From assembly GCA_046331705.1 (NCBI GenBank), contig JAXLQJ010000006.1, positions 124,001 to 188,000 of the forward strand: DNA of 64,000 nucleotides. Direction: 5' to 3'. The first letter of the stretch is position 1; each line of letters opens with the position of its first letter. Below the pieces are notes generated by a model. It was not told where the DNA came from, searched no databases, and saw only the letters and a list, made by a program, of their open reading frames with translations. Origin of the DNA: a bacterium (GTDB taxonomy: Bacteria > JADJOY01). The position numbers were made by a program, and so were the translations under genes. Below are positions 7,553 to 19,738 of the stretch, piece by piece.

Positions 7553-9727
7553 TCACTCGGGGGCGGCGTTGCGGAAGCGCGAGCGGATGCGCTCCTGGAA
7601 GAGCGGGTCGCTCCACGGTTGCGCGCCGTGGAGGATCTCGAGCAGGCGGCCACCCGGCGCGACCAGGTAGCTGCGGGGCACGTGATACGAGAGCTCGATG
7701 CGGTCGGCGATGCCGCCGTGGGGCGCCAGGAAGGAGTGGAAGCCGAACCCCACGCGCTGGGTGAAGGCGCCGATGGTCGGCGCCATGGCGGTGGGTTCGA
7801 CCGACACGAAGATCACCCGCGCCTGGCTGGTGGCTTCGAGGCGCTGACGAAACGCGAGCAGCGCCGGCAGCTCGGCGAGGCACGGCTGACACCAGGTCGC
7901 CCACAGATGAACGATGCTCGGCCCCGCGGCGAGATCGGCGACGGCGTGCTCGCCACCGGACACGTCCGCGACCCGAAAGTCGAGGCGCGCGGACGGCTGC
8001 GGCGGCGGTGGAGCGCAGGGCGTCGGCGCGCTGGCGCGCGCGACGGCGCGCTCCATCGCTGCGTCGAAGCCGTCCGGATGCGGGTAGAACCACTCCTCGA
8101 CGATGGCGCCGTCCGGGCTCACGAAGATCGAGGTCGGCGTCGAGACCACGGCGTAGCGCTCGTTGACCGCGCCGCCCCAATCGTCGAGCACCGGAAAGGA
8201 GATGCCGGTGCGCTGCACGTATTCGGTGGTGACGGCGCGGCGCGAAGGCTCGCCCGGTTTGTCGGCGGGCACACGCGTCACCGAGATCACGTCGATGGCG
8301 CCGGGATGTGCCGCGAGCCAGCGCACCAGCTGCGGCAGCTCCTGCTGGCAGTGCTTGCACGTGGCCGACCAGAACACCAGCATCGTCGGACGGCCGCGGC
8401 GGGGCTCGAAGGTGAACGCGTCGCTGGTGCCGAAACGCGGCAGCTGGAAGCCGGGCGCGCAGCTGCGATCGAGATCCATGCCAGGGAAATAGGGGTACTT
8501 GTTGGCGAGCGTCGGGACGTCGTCGCCGGCGGCCACGCGCGCCACCAGCTCGGCGGCGGTGAGCGGGCCGGTGGCGGAGGCCAGCCGCTGGCCGAGGTCC
8601 TTGACCCCCGACACCACGAATCGTCCCTGGCCGTCGAAGAGCACCAGGCTCGGCACGTCCTCGGCGCGCACGGCCTTCGCGAGCGCGAAGTCGTCGTCGA
8701 TCAAGAGCGGCACGTCGGCGGGCACCGGTAGCAGGCCGAAGGTCTCGTAGAGCTCTTCCTCGCGCTTCTCTGCACGCTTGCCGGCGACGGCGTAGACCTC
8801 GATTCGCGGCCACCGCTGGCGCATCGTCGTCGTGAACGCGACGAGGGCTCGCTCCGACCAGGCGAAGCCCGGTGCCCAGAAGACCAGCGCGATCGGCGTG
8901 CCTTGCCCGAGTCGCGCCTCGAGGTCGAGCGTCTCGGCCCGGAAGTGACCGGGCTCGGCGATCACGCGGCGCGGTGCCGCGGGCAAGCGGAACACCCCGG
9001 GAGCGGTCGCGTCGGCGTGCGTGGTCGTGGCTGGCGTGGGCACGGCCGCGGCACTCGCGAGGGTGACGGGCGCGCTCGGTGCGGCGTGCGCGCGGATCCG
9101 AGCGGCCTCGTGAACGTGGTTTCGATAGACCCGCTCGGTCCCGGTGGCGGTGCCGAGGAGCACCACCCACGCGAGCGCGGTCATGCGCAGGGGATAGGGC
9201 CACGCGAGCAGGCTCGCGAGGGTCTGGCTGACCAGCATGCGCGGGCCCTGCTCGGCGAGCAGCGCCACCAGCACCGGGATCGCCAAGCTCACGGCGTAGA
9301 GACGCATGCACCACAGGCACAGGAAGCCGATCTCGAACTTCGAGATGAAGAAGAGCGCCACCGAGAGCGCGCTCGCCACGAGCCCGAGCACGAACGCGTG
9401 CGCGTGGTATTGCGGCTCGCGGCGCCCCGCCCAGACCAAGCCGAGCACCAGGACGTAGAAGGGCGGCGCCAGCGCGGCGATCGGGATGCCCGCGATCTCG
9501 GACCAGGCGCTGGTGTTGACCGCCTCGCAATCGACGGTCTCGCTCTGCGGGCAGTTCTCGAGGGTGAAGGACTTGTCGCCGTAGAGCTGGGAATCGTGAT
9601 GCGCCGTGAGGTAGAGGCCGATGGCGGTGCCGGCGAGCAACACCGCGGTGAGCGCCACGCGCGCGACCGTGCGGCGCGGGCTCGCCCAAGTCTCGTGCCG
9701 GGCCTGCATGGGATCGAGGCGGGTCAC
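7553..9727 (-). CDS. Vitamin K epoxide reductase (VKOR) domain fused to three thioredoxin/TlpA-like domains
   Basis: VKOR loop Cys pair NCPQSETVDCEAVNTS, WSEIAGIPIA, active-site CLWC, 5 hydrophobic segments; then FWAPGFAWS (no CxxC), FWSATCKHC, LWATWCQPC. Alternative start ATG 9709. Confidence 0.85.
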   Translation of the reverse strand: MTRLDPMQARHETWASPRRTVARVALTAVLLAGTAIGLYLTAHHDSQLYGDKSFTLENCPQSETVDCEAVNTSAWSEIAGIPIAALAPPFYVLVLGLVWAGRREPQYHAHAFVLGLVASALSVALFFISKFEIGFLCLWCMRLYAVSLAIPVLVALLAEQGPRMLVSQTLASLLAWPYPLRMTALAWVVLLGTATGTERVYRNHVHEAARIRAHAAPSAPVTLASAAAVPTPATTTHADATAPGVFRLPAAPRRVIAEPGHFRAETLDLEARLGQGTPIALVFWAPGFAWSERALVAFTTTMRQRWPRIEVYAVAGKRAEKREEELYETFGLLPVPADVPLLIDDDFALAKAVRAEDVPSLVLFDGQGRFVVSGVKDLGQRLASATGPLTAAELVARVAAGDDVPTLANKYPYFPGMDLDRSCAPGFQLPRFGTSDAFTFEPRRGRPTMLVFWSATCKHCQQELPQLVRWLAAHPGAIDVISVTRVPADKPGEPSRRAVTTEYVQRTGISFPVLDDWGGAVNERYAVVSTPTSIFVSPDGAIVEEWFYPHPDGFDAAMERAVARASAPTPCAPPPPQPSARLDFRVADVSGGEHAVADLAAGPSIVHLWATWCQPCLAELPALLAFRQRLEATSQARVIFVSVEPTAMAPTIGAFTQRVGFGFHSFLAPHGGIADRIELSYHVPRSYLVAPGGRLLEILHGAQPWSDPLFQERIRSRFRNAAPE

Positions 9728-9776
9728 GCGACGGGGGGATTCGGGACGCGCCGGGCGTGACCTTCGCGCCGCTGCA

Positions 9777-10685
9777 TCAGGGCAACGTCCAGCGCTGCAG
9801 GAAATCCCAGAGCAGGTCGGGAGAATGGAGATCGTCGCCGGGATGGCAGCCGGGAATCAGCTCCGGGCTCACGTTGCCCCACCAGCAATGGCCTTGATTC
9901 GCGACGATGCAGTGCGTGACCTCGACGCCGCCGGCGCAGCCGTCGTAGGTGGTGCAGGTCGCGTCACCTTGCTGATAGGTCACGCGCCCCGAGCCGGTGC
10001 AGGCGTCGAGCTCGCGCCAGCGCTCGACGGTCGCCACGCGAGACTCGAGCTCGTCGAGGCTGCCGCTGATCTGGAGCACCGGCACCGGTCGCGTGAGGTT
10101 GCACTCGAGCTCGGGCGAGAGGTTTCCCACCACGGGCCCGATCGCCGCGACCAAGTCCGAGGCCTCGCAGGCCAAGCGGTGCGACAGGTAGGCGCCGTTC
10201 GACATGCCCACGGAATAGACGCGGCTCGGGTCGACGCAGACTTTTCCCGCGACCTCGTCCGCGAGCGCGCGGATGAAGCCGACGTCGTCCAGATTCGTCT
10301 GCGCCGGCTGGCCGCAGCACTCGTCGCCGCCGTTCCACGCCGCCGGGAAACCGGTGCCGTCGGGCTGCACCACGAGAAAGCCCGCTGCATCCGCCTTGCG
10401 GTCCATCTGCGACTCGTAGGTCCAGATGTCGGTGAAGAAGCCGCCGCCCAGCACGAACGGATGAAGGTTGAAGACGAGCGGCGCGGGATGCGAGCCGTCG
10501 TACCCCGGTGGCACGTGGACGAAGTAGCGACGCGTGAGGCCATCGCGGTCGAGGGTGAACGCGTGGTCGCCCGGCGTGAGGCTGGTGGGCGGACAGCTCG
10601 GCGCGTCGGCGGCGCCCTCGTTCGCGCACGCCGCGGCGAGCGCACACGCGAGGGCCACGAGCGTGGCGGTGATCCGCGAGGACAT
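9777..10685 (-). CDS. LpqC/LpqP-like PHB depolymerase/esterase (alpha/beta hydrolase) lipoprotein
   Basis: Lipobox LAAAC; RRYFVHVP, WNGGDECCG, DDVGFI, GMSNG nucleophile elbow, GHCW. Confidence 0.85.
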   Translation of the reverse strand: MSSRITATLVALACALAAACANEGAADAPSCPPTSLTPGDHAFTLDRDGLTRRYFVHVPPGYDGSHPAPLVFNLHPFVLGGGFFTDIWTYESQMDRKADAAGFLVVQPDGTGFPAAWNGGDECCGQPAQTNLDDVGFIRALADEVAGKVCVDPSRVYSVGMSNGAYLSHRLACEASDLVAAIGPVVGNLSPELECNLTRPVPVLQISGSLDELESRVATVERWRELDACTGSGRVTYQQGDATCTTYDGCAGGVEVTHCIVANQGHCWWGNVSPELIPGCHPGDDLHSPDLLWDFLQRWTLP

Positions 10686-10872
10686 GGCGCGGTTACGGTA
10701 CGAGCGGCTCGCGATCGGGTCAACCGAGAGCATCGGCCCGAGAGCATCGGTCCGGCGCGCGAGGCCGCGGATCGTTCGTCGCGTTCCGCAGCCTGGTCGC
10801 CATCCGCGCCGCGGCGTCTCGTCGAACCCGGGATTGCGCCGTCGCGGCGAATGGGGGTATGTCGGGCGCGCC

Positions 10873-12213
10873 ATGCGCCGCCCCCCGACGCCTTCCCTGC
10901 GATTCCCGCCTTCGCACCGAGTACCGAGCGCAGCGCTCGCGTGGGTCTGCGGCGCGGCGCTCGCGAGTGCCCTCGGATTCGGCTCGATCCCGTCGGCGCA
11001 AGCGGCGGAGCCCGGGGCGCCCGCGGCGGCCGCGAGCGGCGGCTGGGTGGGGGAGCTGGCGCGACGCATCCGGCTCTCGGGAAACGCGGACGTGGGCTTT
11101 CTCTACGGCGAAGCGCGCTCGCGTGCGCCGGACGGCCGCTGGGTGATCGACAACGCGCGGCTCTTCCTCGACGCCGACCTCGTGGACCGCGACGACCTGC
11201 CGCTCGAGGGCTGGCTCGACGACGCGAGCCTCTACCTCGAGTGGGACCTCTATCGGCACACCACGTTTCTCGACGACGTCGGCTCGCTCTACGTGCGCCT
11301 CGATCACCTCGCGGGCTCGTCCGCGCTCAACGTGAAGGTCGGTCGCATGGCGATTCCGTTCGGCTTCGAGTACCCGCGCTGGAGCGAGGACCGGCCGGCG
11401 AACCCGCTGGCGGGGTTCTCCGCCGCGCAGCCCTACGGTTGGGACGAGGGTGTCGAGCTCTTCGGCGCGCTGGCCGACGACCGTGTCCGCTATCAGGCGG
11501 CGCTCCTCGACGGTGACGAGCGCGTGGGCGTGAACACCCAAGCCACGCCGTCGTTCGCGGCGAAGCTCACGGTCGCTCCGCTCGCGTGGCTCTCGGTGAG
11601 CGGCAGCGGCTACACCTCGGGCAAGCTCGGTACCGTCGGCCATCCGGTGTGGTCGGCGCTGATCGTGGCGTCGACGCCCTTTCCGCCGCTCAGCGCCAAT
11701 CCCTACGATCCGAGTTACGTGGATGCGGAGGGCGAAGCGGAGCCGGTGCGCCTCGACGGCGTTCGTGCCTGGGAAGCGGACGTCGTCCTCGACGACGGCG
11801 GCGCGGCGCGCGTGTGGCTCGGTTACGGCCAGGTCCACGTCGACGGGCGCGGCGAGCCCATCGCCGGGCGTCGCCTTCAGTACGGCGCTGCGGAGGGCAC
11901 GCTCGGCCTCGGCGTGCTCGCGCCGAGCCTCGATCGCCTCTACCTGGCGGCGCGGGTGAGCTTCATCGGTACCTTCGACGATCGGCAGGGCTATCTGCTC
12001 AACGTCGACGACGACGGCTTCGAGCTGGGATTCGACACCCAGCTCGTCCAGATCACGGAGCTCGGCCTCGGCGTCCGGCTGACCAAGCACCTGACGCTCA
12101 AGGCCGAGTACGCGGCGGTCGACTTCGACCTCGTGGACGGCGCGCCCGCGGAGGCGCGGGCCGCCGCTCACGCCCGCGGTTACGGGGCGCTCACGCTGGC
12201 CGCGGGATTCTGA
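10873..12213 (+). CDS. Outer-membrane beta-barrel protein (porin-like)
   Basis: Signal peptide ending AQA, alternating amphipathic strands (ARLFLDADL, LNVKVGRMAIPFG, LTLKAEY), C-terminal aromatic Phe (LAAGF). Confidence 0.72.
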   Translation: MRRPPTPSLRFPPSHRVPSAALAWVCGAALASALGFGSIPSAQAAEPGAPAAAASGGWVGELARRIRLSGNADVGFLYGEARSRAPDGRWVIDNARLFLDADLVDRDDLPLEGWLDDASLYLEWDLYRHTTFLDDVGSLYVRLDHLAGSSALNVKVGRMAIPFGFEYPRWSEDRPANPLAGFSAAQPYGWDEGVELFGALADDRVRYQAALLDGDERVGVNTQATPSFAAKLTVAPLAWLSVSGSGYTSGKLGTVGHPVWSALIVASTPFPPLSANPYDPSYVDAEGEAEPVRLDGVRAWEADVVLDDGGAARVWLGYGQVHVDGRGEPIAGRRLQYGAAEGTLGLGVLAPSLDRLYLAARVSFIGTFDDRQGYLLNVDDDGFELGFDTQLVQITELGLGVRLTKHLTLKAEYAAVDFDLVDGAPAEARAAAHARGYGALTLAAGF

Positions 12214-14645
12214 GCGCGCGCGGCGTCGCGCTCGCGGGCGTGCTCGACGTACTCGTCGAAGGCGCGCTGACCGGCGGCAGGATCGAGCTGGGGCGAGCCC
12301 ACGCGCGCGATCCGCTCGTGCGCCCAGAGCATCGCTTGCAGGCCCTCGGCCTCGTCGGGATCGAGGAAGCGCATGTTGGCCGTGGCGTCGGCGCATGCGG
12401 TTCCGGGCACGCCGCGCTCTTCCGGGATGGTGCGCGGGAGCGCCGTGAACGGGCTCGCATCGGGGTGCTCGGTGAAGAGGTCCCACATCGGCTGGGCCCG
12501 CTCGTCGTAATGGGTGAGCGGCGGCAGCCCGAGGAGGTGCTCGATCGTCGCGTGCCAGTTGCCCTCGTGGTAGAGGACCGGCGAGACGTAGCCGCGACGC
12601 GTCCACGGCGAGATCGCGAGCAGGATCGAGCGGTGCGCGTCGATGTGATCGACGCCGTCCTGGGGATCGTCCTCGACCACCAAGACCAGCGACGACTCCC
12701 AGTACTTGCTGTGGGAGAGCCAGTCGACGAGCTGGCCGGTCGCGAGGTCGTTGTCGGCGACCATCGAGCGCGGCGTCGGGAAGACCGGGCTGCAGCCCAG
12801 CGTGTGATCGTTGGGGAAGAGCATGAAGGCCACCCGCGGCAGCCCGTCGCGCTCCCACTCCGCGATGCGGCCGGCGAGCTTGTCGACGTCCTTCGACAAC
12901 GGAAAGAAGAACGGCGGGTCGACCGCGCTCCAGTTCATGAGCGAGGTGTCGAGGATCATCCCGCGGGGAAACATGCCGACCGCCTCGCCGTAGTTGCGGA
13001 AGCGGATGCCGTGGTCGAGCAGGTTCTGGAAGAGGTATTGCTTCTTCGGGTACGTCGCGGGATTGGCCACGACCTCGATGAAGAATGGCCCGGGACGCCC
13101 TTCGGCGAAGCGGTTCTTCTCCATGTAGGTGTTGGAGATGGCGCCGGTGAGGATCTGGTGCCCTTGGTCCGAGATCTCGGCGTTCGAGTAGTAGTTGTCG
13201 CCGCTCGCGAAGCGCTCGGCGAGGGCGCGCAGGTTCGGCGTCACGTCGCTGCAGTAGAGGCAGTTCTCGGCGACGCCGTCGGCGGCGGGCCAATCGCCGA
13301 GGAGCGCGTCGTAGGTCTTGTTCTCGCGCACCACGATCAGGAGGTGCTCGATGGGAGATGCGCCGCCGCGCTCGCGCGGCACCGGATTCGCGAAGCGGCG
13401 GGCGTCGACGTCGAAGAGATTCGCCGAGCGCGCGTTCATGGTGTCGATGCGCGCGGCGAGCTCGGCGAGCTGGGCGTCGGAGGGGATGTCCACGAGCTGC
13501 ACGGTGGCGCCGTTGCGCAGCTGGGCGTGCACCGGGCCGGTCGGTCCCGCGCCCGTGCCCTTCGCGTTGGCGACGTAGAGGCGCTTGCCGTCGGGTGAGA
13601 CCGCCACCGCCGTCGGGTACCACGCCGTGGGGATGCCGCCGATCACGCGGCTGGTCGCGAGATCGACCACCGCGATCTCGTTCTCGGTCGCTTGCGCGAC
13701 GTAGAGCCGCGCGCCGTCCGGCGAGAACGCGAGCGCGTTGGGACCGGTGCCGTAACCCTGGGCGTCGATGGTGCGCAGATCGATCGAGCGCTCGACGCGG
13801 CGCTTCGCGAGGTCGATGCTCGTGATGGTGTCCTCGTCGGCGTTGGCGACCCACAGCCGCCCGCCGTCGGCGGCGACCGCGAGGCCCTCGGGATTCTTGG
13901 GCACGTCGAGGGTGGCGAGCCGCACGGGCGCCGCGGGATCGCGGACGTCGAAGATCTCCACGGTGGAGTCGCGCTCCGCCGAGACGTAGGCCTCGCTTCC
14001 GTCCGGCGAGAGCGCGACGTCGAACGGGTTGTTGCCGGTTCCGATCGTGCCCACGTGCGCGCCGTCGGAGGTGGCGATGATCTCGAGCCCGCGCCCCGCC
14101 TGATTGACCGCGTAGAGCAGCGCGCCGTCGGGACTGAGGGCGAGGCCCGCGGGGAAGCGCAGCCGGCTCGGGTAGGAGGCGCGGCTGGTGAGCGTGTCGC
14201 CGTCCCAGCCGAGGACCTCGATGGTGCTGGTGCCGCCGCCGGCGGCGTAGAGCGTGCGTCCGTCGGACGAGACCTCGAGGCCGGCGTAGAGCGCCGCGCG
14301 CTCGACGGAGGAGCGCGCGACCGCCTGCGCGGTATCGATGGCGGTGACGGTCTGCGGGCCGCGACCGGTCGAGGTCGCGAACACCGTGGCGCCGTCGGGT
14401 GAGATCGCGACGCTGAGCGGGATCTCGTCCACCGCCACCATCGTCCCGAGCGGCTCGATCATGCGGCCGTTGGGCAGGATCCAGCGTCCCGCTCCTGCGG
14501 GGCCCACCTTGAGTCGCGCTTCGTCGCGGATCGCGAGCCCCGGTGTGGGCTCGCTGGAACGATCGGACGAACAGCTCGCCGCGGCGAGCAGCAGGCACGT
14601 CGCGGCGAGGCTCACGCGAATGGGCGCGGACGGTCTCGGGATCAT
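12180..14645 (-). CDS. YncE/YVTN beta-propeller + phosphoesterase (alkaline phosphatase superfamily) lipoprotein
   Basis: Lipobox AASC; repeated SPDGxxLYVAN blades; RENKTYD, PNDHT, EDDPQDGVDHIDAHRS. Confidence 0.88.
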   Translation of the reverse strand: MIPRPSAPIRVSLAATCLLLAAASCSSDRSSEPTPGLAIRDEARLKVGPAGAGRWILPNGRMIEPLGTMVAVDEIPLSVAISPDGATVFATSTGRGPQTVTAIDTAQAVARSSVERAALYAGLEVSSDGRTLYAAGGGTSTIEVLGWDGDTLTSRASYPSRLRFPAGLALSPDGALLYAVNQAGRGLEIIATSDGAHVGTIGTGNNPFDVALSPDGSEAYVSAERDSTVEIFDVRDPAAPVRLATLDVPKNPEGLAVAADGGRLWVANADEDTITSIDLAKRRVERSIDLRTIDAQGYGTGPNALAFSPDGARLYVAQATENEIAVVDLATSRVIGGIPTAWYPTAVAVSPDGKRLYVANAKGTGAGPTGPVHAQLRNGATVQLVDIPSDAQLAELAARIDTMNARSANLFDVDARRFANPVPRERGGASPIEHLLIVVRENKTYDALLGDWPAADGVAENCLYCSDVTPNLRALAERFASGDNYYSNAEISDQGHQILTGAISNTYMEKNRFAEGRPGPFFIEVVANPATYPKKQYLFQNLLDHGIRFRNYGEAVGMFPRGMILDTSLMNWSAVDPPFFFPLSKDVDKLAGRIAEWERDGLPRVAFMLFPNDHTLGCSPVFPTPRSMVADNDLATGQLVDWLSHSKYWESSLVLVVEDDPQDGVDHIDAHRSILLAISPWTRRGYVSPVLYHEGNWHATIEHLLGLPPLTHYDERAQPMWDLFTEHPDASPFTALPRTIPEERGVPGTACADATANMRFLDPDEAEGLQAMLWAHERIARVGSPQLDPAAGQRAFDEYVEHARERDAARAQNPAASVSAP

Positions 14646-14782
14646 GGGTGTCGCTCGTGGGAATGGCCGCCGGCGGGCGACGTGCCGCGCCTCGACCGAT
14701 CTTGGTGAGGAGCGGCTCTCTTGTCCATCCCGCGGCGACTGGGCTTGGCGCCCGGCCCGCGCTCAGCGAAGGTCGCCTCGCC

Positions 14783-15529
14783 ATGACGAAGCGTGCGTTC
14801 CTGTGCTGGCGCGCGGCGGTGATCTTCTTCGCCAACGTGCCGAACCTGCTCATGGTGCTGTGGCTCTTCTTCTGGGTCACGCGCACCACCGCGACCGCCA
14901 CACCCGGCGCGTGGCGCTGGAACGCCGGCGCGTTCGCGCTCTTCGTGGTGCTTCACAGCCTCAGCGCGACGCCCGCGTGGAAGCGCGCTTTCGGCAAGCT
15001 CTTCCCCGAGGCCTTCGAGCGGGCGGCGTACGTCGTGCTATCCGGTGTCTCGCTGCTGGCGCTGCTGGCGGTGTGGCGGCCGATGCCCACGCTGATCTGG
15101 CGCGTCGAGGGGATCCTCGGACACGTGCTCGACGGAGTGTTCTGGATCGCGCTCGGCTGCGCGTGGTGGGTGGGACAGCAATTCGACCAGGCGGCATTCG
15201 TGGGAACGCGGCAGCTCGCCGCCCACTTCCGGGGTGAGCCGCCGCCCACGTCCCCGTTCGTGGTGAAGGGACCGTTTCGCTTCAGCCGCCACCCGATGTA
15301 CCTGGCGATGATCGTGCTGATGTGGAGCGCATCGACGCTGACCTCGGGGCGCTTGCTCTTCAACGTGCTCGCCACCGCGTATTTCGTGATCGGCTCGCGG
15401 CTGGAGGAGCGGCGCTTGGTGGCCGAGATCGGCGCGCCGTACCTGGAGTATCGACGTCACGTGCCCGCGCTCTGGCCGCGGCTCACGCCGTGGACGCCCG
15501 AGATTGCCGGTGCGCCCGGGCGCTCGTAG
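14783..15529 (+). CDS. Isoprenylcysteine carboxylmethyltransferase-family membrane methyltransferase (MddA/nurim-like)
   Basis: LFVVLHSLSA..AWK...FERAAYV, WRPM, GPFRFSRHPMYL, LEERRLV...YLEYRRHVP. Confidence 0.75.
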   Translation: MTKRAFLCWRAAVIFFANVPNLLMVLWLFFWVTRTTATATPGAWRWNAGAFALFVVLHSLSATPAWKRAFGKLFPEAFERAAYVVLSGVSLLALLAVWRPMPTLIWRVEGILGHVLDGVFWIALGCAWWVGQQFDQAAFVGTRQLAAHFRGEPPPTSPFVVKGPFRFSRHPMYLAMIVLMWSASTLTSGRLLFNVLATAYFVIGSRLEERRLVAEIGAPYLEYRRHVPALWPRLTPWTPEIAGAPGRS

Positions 15530-15628
15530 TCGCCGCGCCGAACCCGCGGTTGCTCGCCTCGCGCGCGCCGTCCTCGCGCGTTGCGCACGGTTTCGGAGCG
15601 GTGGCCCGCACGGCCGCCCAGGAAACGC

Positions 15629-15637
15629 TGGTACACT
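15629..15637 (+). promoter_or_regulatory. Extended -10 promoter element (TGgTACACT) upstream of cupredoxin/kinase operon
   Basis: TG-n-TAnnnT match in intergenic DNA ahead of 15656. Confidence 0.45.
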
Positions 15638-15655
15638 CGCCGCCCGAAGCGCACG

Positions 15656-16429
15656 ATGGCCCGCGTGAGGATCCGGTCTGGCTTTCGGCATCGAGCGACG
15701 TCGCGCGTGATTCCCGCCGCGGCGTGGGTCGGGATCGCGGCGGCGCTCGCGACCGCCTGCGCGACGATCCGCGTTCCCGCGCCCGCGCCGGGCACCGCCA
15801 CGCTCTTCGGAACCGTTCGGCTCTTGCCCCACGAGGGCCTCGCCAGCGCACCCGTCGCCGGCGCGTACGGTGACCGCGCGCTTCGCGACGCGGAGCTGGT
15901 GAGCTACGCAAAGCCGGGTTTCGCGGTCGTGACCGCGCTCGGGCTGCCGTCGCCGCGCGGCACCGTGGCGCTCGCCGTTCGCGGCTCTCGCTTCGGCGTT
16001 CGCCTCGAGCCGCGTTTCGCCGCCACCGGCGAAGGCGGGACGATCGCGCTGCGCAACGAGGACGAGCGGGCGCACGTGATCTCGTGCCCCGCCCACGGTT
16101 TGCTGACGACCCTCGCGCGCGGCGCCGCGACCCAGCTCACCGCGAGCATCGCCGGCGAGGTGCGCTGTTTCGTGCTCGACGGCGCAGACGACGGCGCCGA
16201 CGGCGGCGCCGAGGCGAGCGTGTACGTGGCCGCCGGCCCGTTCGCGGTGATCGGCGCGGACGGGAGCTGGCTGCTGGAAGGCCTCACGCCGCCGCCGGCA
16301 GCGCCACCGAGCGCGGCCGCGCCGCTCACGCTTCAGGTATGGCACCCGCGTTTCCCGCCCGCGATGCAGCCCGTCCAGATCGAGGTGGGCAGCGCGAAAC
16401 GCGTCGACGTCGAGCTGCAAGTGCGATGA
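15656..16429 (+). CDS. Exported cupredoxin-like / carboxypeptidase-regulatory-like protein lacking Cu ligands, probable lipoprotein
   Basis: Hydrophobic stretch ending LATAC; LEPRF, NEDERAHVIS, GADGSW, LQVWHPRFP parallel the downstream protein; start uncertain. Confidence 0.65.
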   Translation: MARVRIRSGFRHRATSRVIPAAAWVGIAAALATACATIRVPAPAPGTATLFGTVRLLPHEGLASAPVAGAYGDRALRDAELVSYAKPGFAVVTALGLPSPRGTVALAVRGSRFGVRLEPRFAATGEGGTIALRNEDERAHVISCPAHGLLTTLARGAATQLTASIAGEVRCFVLDGADDGADGGAEASVYVAAGPFAVIGADGSWLLEGLTPPPAAPPSAAAPLTLQVWHPRFPPAMQPVQIEVGSAKRVDVELQVR

Positions 16430-17058
16430 GATCGGCGTCGCTGCGTGGGCTCGCCGGATCGCTGGGCGTGCTCGCGCTGTTGCTGGCGGGATCCGCGCGC
16501 GCGGAACCCCTCGGCGCGGTGGAGGGCCGCGTGCGCCTCGCGGTGACCGGGCTCGAGATCGCGCGGGCCGGCCCCTTGGTGGTGTTCCTCGTGCCCTTCG
16601 ATCCGGTCGCGGTGCCCGTCCCCGACGAGGTGCCGGAGATCAGCCAGAAGGGTGCCCGCTTCGAGCCGCCCTTCCTGGTCATCACCGCGGGTCAGACGGT
16701 GCGGATTCCCAACGACGACTCGATCACGCACAACGCCTTCTCGTACTCCCAGCCCAACGCGTTCGATCTGGGGCTCTACCCGAAGGGCGACGCGCGCACG
16801 ATCACGGCGCGCGCCCCGGGCGCGATCCGGGTGTTCTGCTCGATCCACAAGTCGATGAACGCGGTGATCTTCGCGGCGCCGACGCCGTGGCATACGCTGG
16901 CGGCCGCGGACGGCTCGTTCCGGATCGCGGACGTTCCCGACGGCCGCTACCGGGTCGCGACCTGGAACGAGCGCCTGCCGCCGGCCGCGGCGGAGGTCCT
17001 GGTCGCGGCGCCGGAAGTCATGCGCGTCGATCTCTTGCTCGGCGCGGACGCGAGGTGA
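16426..17058 (+). CDS. Cupredoxin (plastocyanin-like, 'methylamine utilization protein'-like) + carboxypeptidase-regulatory-like domain
   Basis: Signal peptide ending ARA; ISQKGARFEP, NDDSITHNAFS, FDLGLYP, VFCSIHKSM (His...Cys-x2-His-x2-Met); ATGA coupling with upstream gene. Confidence 0.85.
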   Translation: MRSASLRGLAGSLGVLALLLAGSARAEPLGAVEGRVRLAVTGLEIARAGPLVVFLVPFDPVAVPVPDEVPEISQKGARFEPPFLVITAGQTVRIPNDDSITHNAFSYSQPNAFDLGLYPKGDARTITARAPGAIRVFCSIHKSMNAVIFAAPTPWHTLAAADGSFRIADVPDGRYRVATWNERLPPAAAEVLVAAPEVMRVDLLLGADAR

Positions 17059-17064
17059 GCCACG

Positions 17065-19722
<2,658 letters not shown>

Positions 19723-19738
19723 TGCTCGACCGAGACCG

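Noticed and set aside
10720..14901. 1393-aa minus-strand ORF and other long alternative-frame ORFs (e.g. 16333..19266, 35894..39565 5' part, 25630..27987, 35058..37262)
   Set aside because: Arg/Ala/Pro-rich shadow frames overlapping well-supported genes; expected from stop-codon scarcity at high GC.
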